Source: Nanobdellota archaeon
Lineage (GTDB): Archaea > Nanobdellota > Nanobdellia > Woesearchaeales > GW2011-AR4
Direction: 5' to 3'
Length of the DNA stretch: 20,211 nt
NCBI GenBank assembly: GCA_038046385.1
Contig: JBBSWH010000013.1
Coordinates: 1-20,211, forward strand
This document shows positions 8,929 to 15,957 of this stretch, piece after piece. Below the pieces are notes generated by a model. The model had not been told where the DNA came from. It was given only the letters and a program-made list of their open reading frames with translations, and made no database searches. A program made the translations under genes and the position numbers. Position 1 is the first letter of the stretch. Each line of letters starts with the position of its first letter.

Positions 8929-9147
8929 ATGTGTTTATGCAAAAAATGCAGTAAATTAACAGGAGTTATGGTATTGGTTCTTGGCGTTTTGTTTCTGCTG
9001 AGAGACCTTAATGTGTGGGGTTTTTGGAACGTAAGCTGGTGGACAGCAATGTTTTTAGTGGCAGGAATGATAATGTATGGTTCAACATGCTGCCCTGAAT
9101 GCCAGACAGCGTGCTGTGATATGCCGGCAAAGGGAAAGAAGAAGTAA
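8929..9147 (+). CDS. Small Cys-rich two-TM membrane protein (DUF5668/LiaF-TM-like)
   Basis: GVMVLVLGVLFLL...WW...LVAG hydrophobic hairpin flanked by CxCxxC and CCxxC..CC. SD GGTGAT, a TTTTATA box upstream and a T-rich tract downstream. Confidence 0.7.
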   Translation: MCLCKKCSKLTGVMVLVLGVLFLLRDLNVWGFWNVSWWTAMFLVAGMIMYGSTCCPECQTACCDMPAKGKKK

Positions 9148-9151
9148 ACTA

Positions 9152-9173
9152 TCTTCTTTTATTTTTTTATTTT
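9152..9173 (+). terminator. Oligo-T tract, possible archaeal terminator
   Basis: TCTTCTTTTATTTTTTATTTT directly after the stop at 9147. Confidence 0.4.
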
Positions 9174-9242
9174 GCCAACAAACCTTTATATACCAAAATT
9201 AAAACCTTGTTCTTATGTCGATAAATCCATAGTATTTTCGAT

Positions 9243-9323
9243 CATGCTCAAAAGCACAAAAATCTTTAGATTTTTGGCTCCCGAAAATCTTCGATTTTCG
9301 TGGAATACTCAATTTTTGACATG
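9243..9323. repeat. Composite palindromic repeat (MITE/REP-like) abutting the tRNA 5' end
   Basis: Outer arms CATGCTCAAAA (9243-9253) and TTTTTGACATG (9313-9323) enclose CAAAAATC-TTTA-GATTTTTG (9257-9276) and CGAAAATC-TTC-GATTTTCG (9282-9300). Confidence 0.7.
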
Positions 9324-9443
9324 CCGAGATGGCACAACCTGGCACTGCGTAAGCCTGGAAACTTGCTTTTGGGCAAGTCCCGAACGCAAGTGAGGCAAGC
9401 TTATTTCCGAAAGGATTTCTGAGTTCAAATCTCAGTCTCGGCG
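9323..9443 (+). tRNA. tRNA-Ser(GGA) with a 37-nt anticodon-loop intron (about 9361-9397)
   Basis: Acceptor stem GCCGAGA/TCTCGGC with G73. D stem GCA/TGC with GG in the loop. Anticodon stem TAAGC/GCTTA with spliced loop CT-GGA-AA. Long variable arm TCC-GAAA-GGA. T arm CTGAG-TTCAAAT-CTCAG. No encoded CCA. T tract at 9444-9458 and TTTATATA at 9185-9192. Confidence 0.9.
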
Positions 9444-9506
9444 TTTTTTATTTTTTGTACCCCGAGGAGGGATATTTCTAAATCCGTTATCGTTTTTTGA
9501 GCAGAA

Positions 9507-10646
9507 TCAAGCCAGAATCTCAACTTCCATCTCGAGCTGGTCTGCAGTTGGATACTCTTTCACAATTGCAGGAACCAATCCGATTGATATAAAATATTTC
9601 TTATGTTTTAGAACGTAACTTTTTAGTATCAGAATCCGCGGCTTTTTTTCATCAATCAAGATGAATTTGCTGTTTATCTTAAGCCTGTTTTTTATTTTCC
9701 CTAAAAGCGGATTTAACTTGTTCAGAAAATGATTTTTATCGATTTGTTTTAGTTTCTTTCTGTAACCAAACCCCGGCTGAAGTTCTGGAAGGTACAAGGC
9801 TCCGCGCGTAAGCAGCCCTTCTGAATCGACTTCGTCAAAGCTTCTTTTGACGTTAAAGCCCTGCCGCTTTATTCGATTTGTAAGCTGAATCGAATCTTTT
9901 AATTTTGCGGTGCATGCGTGAATCGGGATGGATACCTTTTGCTTCTTTGCGTATTTGATAAGTGTTAAACCCAGTTCAAGAGAGCCCTTTATAGCATAGC
10001 TTAGCTTGCTTTTCACATTAAATCCCATCTCGCTTAATTTGGAAGATGAATTGTCAGCAATCTCGAGCTCATTGAGGTTAAGAAAATCGACCTTGTCTTG
10101 GACAAAATCAATTAAGCTCATAGTTTCTTTTTCCTTTCCCGGAATCAGTGGAATTTCAACACCAGTGTCCCAGTCATACTCCTTGGCATAGTTTAGATTA
10201 TTCCATAATTTTTTTGAATCCAAATCAGGATGGAACCTTATCTCATCAAGCCCGGCTTTATGAAGAAGGCTAAGACGCTCATTGTTTACGAGATTAAGCG
10301 AGGTATAGAGGTGTATATGGAACTTTTTTCCAAATCTTTTTTTTAGTATTTTGATGTAATGGCAAGTTCTGTCGATTCTCGCAAGAGGGTCTCCTCCGGT
10401 AATTCCGGCGCCCTTTGCGTTCATATTTTCTGCCTCTCTAATTACTTCCTCATCAGATATAATCTCTTGCTCATTTGCAAAAGTACAGTCTTTTCTGATC
10501 TTTTCATCCGATACAGGGCAGAAATAGCAGGCTCGCGGACATACTCCTGTGACAAACAAAACTAATTTTTCACCCTTTACGCAAAGCTTGCACCCGAGAG
10601 GAAGCGTGCCAGTGTTAAATGAATGATACTTGTTTTTTGAAACCAT
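9507..10646 (-). CDS. Radical SAM protein, archaeal COG2108-like (PFL-activase-related), function unknown
   Basis: GCKLCVKGEKLVLFVTGVCPRACYFCPVS (CxxxCxxC), ITGGDPL, HIHLYT, GLDEIRFHP, GVEIP, FLNLNELE and EYPT. Confidence 0.85.
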   Translation of the reverse strand: MVSKNKYHSFNTGTLPLGCKLCVKGEKLVLFVTGVCPRACYFCPVSDEKIRKDCTFANEQEIISDEEVIREAENMNAKGAGITGGDPLARIDRTCHYIKILKKRFGKKFHIHLYTSLNLVNNERLSLLHKAGLDEIRFHPDLDSKKLWNNLNYAKEYDWDTGVEIPLIPGKEKETMSLIDFVQDKVDFLNLNELEIADNSSSKLSEMGFNVKSKLSYAIKGSLELGLTLIKYAKKQKVSIPIHACTAKLKDSIQLTNRIKRQGFNVKRSFDEVDSEGLLTRGALYLPELQPGFGYRKKLKQIDKNHFLNKLNPLLGKIKNRLKINSKFILIDEKKPRILILKSYVLKHKKYFISIGLVPAIVKEYPTADQLEMEVEILA

Positions 10647-10814
10647 CCATTCAAGTGCTTTAGTTTTATTTTTAAAGCTACCTACTATGATTGTATTCTA
10701 GAACTTCGAATTTGATTAATCTCGGTTTCTGCGTTTTTATTCATTAATATTTCTAATTTCTACAGAAAATTTATATACTGTTCTCTGAATCATATGTGTT
10801 GGGAGTGATTTTCA

Positions 10815-11696
10815 ATGCTAAATCATGTTGACTGTATTGCTATAGCTAAGAAGTTTTCGCATGAATATCATAAAAAGAGAACTGCTGTAAAGGGTTTTTT
10901 AAAGACAATAGTTGGATCCGTCATAATATATATTATTGCTGCAATTGTTCTAACACTATTAAAAAAAAGTAACTACATCAGCACATTTAGCATTATTCTA
11001 TTCATTTTGACAGCACTTATTGTAATAAAAAACCTTCGTGTTGCTTTATCTGTTAATATTAATCCAAAACAAAATTTATTATATCAAATATGTAAATTGT
11101 ATTCTATCCTCTCTCAATATCGAAATAAAAATTCTTCAGATCCTACAGAAGTAATTGAGGCTACAGGAAGAATGAAAAATTTACTGGCAGATTTAGGTAG
11201 TGACTTGGTACTTGTGGGTAAGTCTGGCTATTCTTTTAGTGATAATTTTTTTACATTCTTAAAACTCCTTCGTAAATCAATTAAAGCGTATTTTCTTCCA
11301 AAACTTGAAAAAGCAGAAGATATTGATAAAATCCTTTACGCTCTTCAGGAGATAGCAAATCGTATTGAATCAGAGAAATTTGATGATAGCGCGGCATATT
11401 TTGAATCTATAGGGGTTAAACTTAATAAGGGAAATTCATGGAAAGATTTTTGGGAGCGTTTTAATAGATTTAAGTTACGTGACACATCCATCGCACTTGT
11501 GATATGTATCCTAATATTAATTCTTTATTGGTGGATATCAAATAAATATGGTTTGTTTACTAAATTATCTATGCCTGGTTGGATTACCCTCCTTATTGCT
11601 TTAGCAACTGTAACTTACAAACTTGCAGAACTTTATGTCCCAGTTATAATAGAACTTGTTAACTTACGTCTTAAGAAAATTAATACTAAACTGTAA
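10815..11696 (+). CDS. Hypothetical membrane protein (2 N-terminal and 2 C-terminal TM segments around a helical soluble region)
   Basis: 293-aa ORF with hydrophobic stretches. TTTATATA box and GAGTGA SD upstream. No family recognised. Confidence 0.7.
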   Translation: MLNHVDCIAIAKKFSHEYHKKRTAVKGFLKTIVGSVIIYIIAAIVLTLLKKSNYISTFSIILFILTALIVIKNLRVALSVNINPKQNLLYQICKLYSILSQYRNKNSSDPTEVIEATGRMKNLLADLGSDLVLVGKSGYSFSDNFFTFLKLLRKSIKAYFLPKLEKAEDIDKILYALQEIANRIESEKFDDSAAYFESIGVKLNKGNSWKDFWERFNRFKLRDTSIALVICILILILYWWISNKYGLFTKLSMPGWITLLIALATVTYKLAELYVPVIIELVNLRLKKINTKL

Positions 11697-11739
11697 TCGG
11701 ACTTACCACTGCAATCTAATTTTTATGAAAGAATTGTAA

Positions 11740-12126
11740 TTAATCAAAATATCTTGGATCATCACTTCTTACGGTGGTTGTTGTTTTTCCTGAAGAATTG
11801 GTTGTTTTGCTTGAATAATATGGCTTGTTTTCATTGCTAATTTTAGGATTATCTGTTTCATTGAACTGTTTTCTTGGCTTTATAGTATTGATTTCCATCA
11901 TTTTCTTCATGTTCATATTGCCGCATTTCATGCACGAAAAGAAAACTCCGAATTTGCCGTGCAGAATATCAAGAGTTTCTCCGCACACACACTTTAAATT
12001 GTCAAGAGTCTCTTCCATGTGGGCAGTGCAGACAGGAACTTTCTGGGAATTCATTATTGTTGATGATTTATCGCAGAAAGGGCACTTATCAATTTTGCTT
12101 TGGCCGTATTTTTTCGGAATGTACAT
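11740..12126 (-). CDS. Small zinc-ribbon protein, hypothetical
   Basis: CPFC...CTAH and CVCG...GKFGVFFSCMKCG, the second resembling topoisomerase I C4 zinc ribbons. ATG at 12126 is preferred over TTG at 12129. TTTAAATA box upstream. Confidence 0.75.
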   Translation of the reverse strand: MYIPKKYGQSKIDKCPFCDKSSTIMNSQKVPVCTAHMEETLDNLKCVCGETLDILHGKFGVFFSCMKCGNMNMKKMMEINTIKPRKQFNETDNPKISNENKPYYSSKTTNSSGKTTTTVRSDDPRYFD

Positions 12127-12183
12127 CAAAATAAGGTATTTCTTTTATTTAAAAGAGTTATCATTAAATTTAGAATTTTAAAA

Positions 12184-13098
12184 CTAAATATTCGATTTTT
12201 TCTTAGCTACTGCCTTGATGTATGGCTCAATGTGCACAAGCACGTTTGTAATCCTCTGATTGGATGATTTAAGCACATCTTTTACCCTATGCGAGAGTTT
12301 ATGGCCTTTATTTACAGAAATCTTGCCGTCTACAACTAGATGGAGATCAACATAAAAATCAAACCCTACTTTTCTTATGTAGCATTTGTCCAGCCCCATC
12401 ACTCCCTTTACAGACATCGCAATTTCCCTTACTTTTCGCTCCATCTCTTTGGAAGGTGATTTGTCCATAAGCTCCTCAACAGCAGGCTTTATCATCCTGT
12501 ATGCATTAAAAATGATAATCAGCGACGCAACCATTGCGGCCCAGTCGTCAGCCATCTCAAATCCGGGGCCGCCGATAAGCGCTATGGATATTCCAATGAA
12601 AACCGCTGCAGAGGTTATCGCATCGCTCCTGTGGTGCCATGCATCAGTCTTTACAGCAGTGCTGTTTGTAATCTCTCCGACGCCGAAATTCCTCCTAAAC
12701 AATAATTCCTTTACTATTACTACTACAACCAGTACAATAAGGGTAAACGGCGCAGGGGCATGATGAGGCATCCTGATCTCCTTAATGCTTTGTACTATTA
12801 TTACAAAAGCAGCAACGAAAAGCGCAGCTGAAACTACAACTGCTGCCATGGGCTCTGCCTTCCCGTAGCCGTAAGGGTGCTCTTTGTCAGCAGGCTTTGA
12901 TGCAATCTTAAGTCCAATCCAAACAATGAATGAGCTTACAATATCTGATGTTGATTCTATTGCGTCGGCAATCAATGCATAAGAATTTCCAAGGATTCCT
13001 GTAACTACTTTTACTATCGCAAGCAGCGTATTTACCAAAATACCAAGAAGAGTGGTGCGCATTCCAATTTCCCAAGGCTTGTCTTTTCTTGCTGCCAT
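12184..13098 (-). CDS. Cation diffusion facilitator (CDF/FieF-like) divalent metal efflux transporter
   Basis: Motifs SYALIADAIESTSD, KPADKEHPYGYGKAE and DAWHHRSD, plus a C-terminal dimerisation domain ending VLVHIEP. ATG at 13098. Confidence 0.92.
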   Translation of the reverse strand: MAARKDKPWEIGMRTTLLGILVNTLLAIVKVVTGILGNSYALIADAIESTSDIVSSFIVWIGLKIASKPADKEHPYGYGKAEPMAAVVVSAALFVAAFVIIVQSIKEIRMPHHAPAPFTLIVLVVVVIVKELLFRRNFGVGEITNSTAVKTDAWHHRSDAITSAAVFIGISIALIGGPGFEMADDWAAMVASLIIIFNAYRMIKPAVEELMDKSPSKEMERKVREIAMSVKGVMGLDKCYIRKVGFDFYVDLHLVVDGKISVNKGHKLSHRVKDVLKSSNQRITNVLVHIEPYIKAVAKKKSNI

Positions 13099-13125
13099 CA
13101 ATAAAATAATAATATTGGGACTTAT

Positions 13126-13164
13126 TAATCTTACGCTTTAAAAGATTAGACTTAAAAGATTAGA
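13126..13164. repeat. Tandem 13-bp repeat and inverted repeat in the CDF promoter region
   Basis: TTAAAAGATTAGA at 13138-13150 and 13152-13164. TAATCTT (13126-13132) is inverted with AAGATTA (13142-13148). Confidence 0.55.
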
Positions 13165-13173
13165 ATAAAAAAA

Positions 13174-14931
13174 TTACCCGTTATCATCAACAAAATCATC
13201 ATCTTTATTCAGCAAAATGTTTTTCTGGTCCTTCTTCTCTCTGAAAGTTCTTGGAACGTGTATCTTTTCCCTAGTCATCGGGTTCTCTCCGGTGTAATAC
13301 ATTGCCGTGGATAGAGTGCCGGGTGTCGGAGTAAAAACCTGCGTCAAATTTACAAAAAGCTTGTTGTCTTTGCAGAACTTTTTTGTGTCTTCCATGTCTT
13401 TTATTGTGCTTCCCGGATGCGCGGCGACAAAATAAGGCACAAGGTTCTTGTTTGTTTTCTGCTCTTCATTCACTTTTTTGTACTCTAAAAGAAATTCTTT
13501 GAACGCAGCCCCTGTTGATTTGTTCATCTGCTTCAGCACAGTGTCGCTTATATGCTCAGGCGCAATTTTCAATCTTGAGGTGAACTGCATTATCTTTCTG
13601 AAAAGCTGCTTTTGGTCAAGTATTATGTCGTGGCGTATCGCGCTTCTTAATTCCAATGATGTGTTTTCATATTTTTTGTTAAGCTTCTCAACAGCTTCGA
13701 GCAGCGGATAAAGGTCGTCGCTTAAAACACGGTACTGGCATCCTGCGCACTGCTGGTTGCAGTAATCTTTTTTGTCGTGAACTGTGATTGTTTCTTCTGT
13801 TATCGGAGAATGAATTTTTGACTCATATTTGTAAAGCGCGCATCTTGAGCCGTACATGTTCAATGTAGGCAAAGTCAAATCATTTATTTTATTTGTTCCT
13901 GATGCGTACATCATCTCGATTTCTTTTACTATACTTTCTTTGCTTCTTTTCGCAACTTCCTTGCCCTGCACAAGAGGGATTATGCAGAACGAGCACGAGC
14001 CCCAGCAGCCTCTTCCAATTATTACAGATGACTGGAGATTTTGCACCATTCGCTGGTTGAATTCAAAATTCTTTGACATTGGATGCAGGTCTCTTGTAAA
14101 ATGGACATCATAAATGTAGTCCATCTCTTCTTCTGTCAGCGTGTGGCACGGCCTGTTGTGCTGTATAAAGCCGCTGCCGCAGCCTTCAATAAAAGCATCG
14201 TCGGGAAGAAGATAAAATGTTCTCGTAAGAAGATTGAATTTTTCCTTGTCTGCAACGCAATCTTCAAATGACGGCAATTGCCTTATCTTTTTGTCTATTT
14301 CTAATTTTTTTATCCTGAAAGAAACGCCTTCAATTGAATCTAGATTTAATTTTTCTTTTACAGCTTCAAATTTATTTGCTGCGGTTTTGTTCGATTCTAT
14401 TTTTTTCATTCTTTCAAGAAGCTCAAGAATAGAGCGCTCTGCATTGCCAAAAAGAAGCAAATCTGCTTTTGTATCGTTTAGAATTCCTCTTCTTAATTTA
14501 TTGTCCTTGTAGTCAAAATGAGTAAATCTCCTGATTGTCGCTTCGACTCCGCCAAGCACAGTTATTGAATTTTTGAAATGCTGCTTTATTTTTTGAGTGT
14601 AAACCTGCAATGCGCGCTCTGGAACAATTATGCTGTCTCTTTTTTTGAGCATCGGAGTATAATTTGCGAGCATCGAGTCCAATAATCCGGATGTGATGCA
14701 GAAAAAATATTTCGGGCGTCCGCAAATCTTGAATTCTTCTTCTGTTTCCGGCTGCGCAATAATCCCTACTTTGTAGCCTTTCTTGTCAAGCAGTCTTGAT
14801 ATTATTGCCATTCCGCTTAAAGGATGGTCATAGTAAGGGTCGCCTGTGACAAAAACTACATCAAATTCCTTGAAATTTTTGTAGTACTCTTTTCCCTCGT
14901 CCAATGATGCCGGCAAAAATCTCTTGTCCAT
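13174..14931 (-). CDS. ygiQ: YgiQ/UPF0313-family radical SAM protein
   Basis: MDKRFLP, VFVTGDPYYDHP, GIIAQP, SG.LDSMLANYT, GGVEATIRRFTHFDY, RGCWGSCSFC, LKIAPEH, PYFVAAHPG, QVFTPTPGTLSTAMYYTG.NP. Start placed at ATG 14931, with a TTTTTAAA box about 23 nt upstream. Confidence 0.9.
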   Translation of the reverse strand: MDKRFLPASLDEGKEYYKNFKEFDVVFVTGDPYYDHPLSGMAIISRLLDKKGYKVGIIAQPETEEEFKICGRPKYFFCITSGLLDSMLANYTPMLKKRDSIIVPERALQVYTQKIKQHFKNSITVLGGVEATIRRFTHFDYKDNKLRRGILNDTKADLLLFGNAERSILELLERMKKIESNKTAANKFEAVKEKLNLDSIEGVSFRIKKLEIDKKIRQLPSFEDCVADKEKFNLLTRTFYLLPDDAFIEGCGSGFIQHNRPCHTLTEEEMDYIYDVHFTRDLHPMSKNFEFNQRMVQNLQSSVIIGRGCWGSCSFCIIPLVQGKEVAKRSKESIVKEIEMMYASGTNKINDLTLPTLNMYGSRCALYKYESKIHSPITEETITVHDKKDYCNQQCAGCQYRVLSDDLYPLLEAVEKLNKKYENTSLELRSAIRHDIILDQKQLFRKIMQFTSRLKIAPEHISDTVLKQMNKSTGAAFKEFLLEYKKVNEEQKTNKNLVPYFVAAHPGSTIKDMEDTKKFCKDNKLFVNLTQVFTPTPGTLSTAMYYTGENPMTREKIHVPRTFREKKDQKNILLNKDDDFVDDNG

Positions 14932-15038
14932 ACAGATGAGGATAGAATAAGTGTTTAAAAATGTAGTTATGCACAATTTTTTGGGGGCTAAAACATAGAA
15001 TGGAGCAATTAAATTTACCAGTAATAACTATTTTTCCG

Positions 15039-15070
15039 ATATATATATATATATGTATATATATGTGCAT
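15039..15070. repeat. (AT)n microsatellite / alternating purine-pyrimidine tract
   Basis: (AT)8 GT (AT)4 GTGCAT in the divergent intergenic region. Confidence 0.8.
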
Positions 15071-15104
15071 TATTATAAGTGTAATTAAAGAGGTGAATTT
15101 AAGG

Positions 15105-15722
15105 GTGAAACTTTCTCTACTAAATCTATTCGCTTTTTTAATATCTGCTGGTGCATTTGCAGCATTACTTTATTTATCGAGAAAGTCTAGACTATTAAAA
15201 AAATCCATACTGCTAATTTCAATAGGAATATTTATAGCTATGACTTTTCATTCCTTGACAGAATATTTTGAATCAATCGGGTATCTGAATCAGAATATGT
15301 TATTTATTATAATGCCAATCTTTATTAGCATTGGTTCTATAATTTTAGTTCTTGGAATTAAAAAAATACTAAATGATGTAGTAAACCCTTTAAGAAAAAT
15401 TATAATAATAATTAACAAGAAACAAATAAGAAAAGAGGATATTGGTGAATTCGGGGATTTATTAAAAATGGATAACGAACTTGGTGAAATGTTCTCCGCT
15501 TTATTTGACTCAACAACGAAATTGGAGATAGCAAAAGAAGAGCTTCAAAATAATGTCAATGAAAAAACTGAAGAATTGAGAAAGAAAAATAAAGAGTTAG
15601 AAGAAACTTTGGAAGAATTTTATACTGTTCGAGTTGGAACTCAAAGGGATTTAGAAAGTGGAAAGATAAAAGAGGAAAACAAAAAAATAAGAGAAAAATT
15701 AGATCGACTGAAAAATGATTAA
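15105..15722 (+). CDS. Membrane protein with HAMP-like linker and coiled-coil signalling helix, no output domain
   Basis: GTG at 15105 with SD GAGGTGA (15090-15096). About 3 TM helices, then VVNPLRKI...DNELGEMFSAL (HAMP-like) and LQNNVNEKTEEL (S-helix-like). Confidence 0.7.
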   Translation: MKLSLLNLFAFLISAGAFAALLYLSRKSRLLKKSILLISIGIFIAMTFHSLTEYFESIGYLNQNMLFIIMPIFISIGSIILVLGIKKILNDVVNPLRKIIIIINKKQIRKEDIGEFGDLLKMDNELGEMFSALFDSTTKLEIAKEELQNNVNEKTEELRKKNKELEETLEEFYTVRVGTQRDLESGKIKEENKKIREKLDRLKND

Positions 15723-15809
15723 CATAATTGGACGACTTTAGCACTCCTAGTTAAAAATTGCCACTTAATGTAATTCTTAATTGCTCACCTTGTTCGTCAG
15801 ATAGAAACG

Positions 15810-15911
15810 AGCCCCCGAAAAACTTCGCTTCGCAACCCCGTTGCATTCTCCTTTCAGTCGGGGCGTATAACAGAAATTCCTTAAGTTATGCGCAGCTTTT
15901 CCTTCGGCTGC
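15810..15911. repeat. GC-rich structured intergenic element with nested inverted repeats
   Basis: CCCCG (15836-15840)/CGGGG (15859-15863); GCGTATAAC (15863-15871)/GTTATGCGC (15885-15893); GCAGC/GCTGC (15892-15911). Confidence 0.4.
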
Positions 15912-15957
15912 ATGGATTAGGGAAGATTTATAAATTTCTTAAAATAGTTTTAGATTA

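Noticed and set aside
9172-9393. 73-aa ORF from the track
   Set aside because: It starts at TTG and runs through the tRNA promoter, the palindromic repeat and the tRNA itself.
9444-11740. Integrative element at the tRNA 3' end
   Set aside because: There is no integrase and no duplicated tRNA 3' end (att site) in the window, and the adjacent gene is a conserved archaeal-type radical SAM gene.
14932-15104. N-terminal extensions of the 600-aa and 240-aa ORFs, and the ORF at 14861-15070
   Set aside because: They translate promoter and (AT)n sequence (IYIYIC). Better-supported starts are ATG 14931 and GTG 15105.
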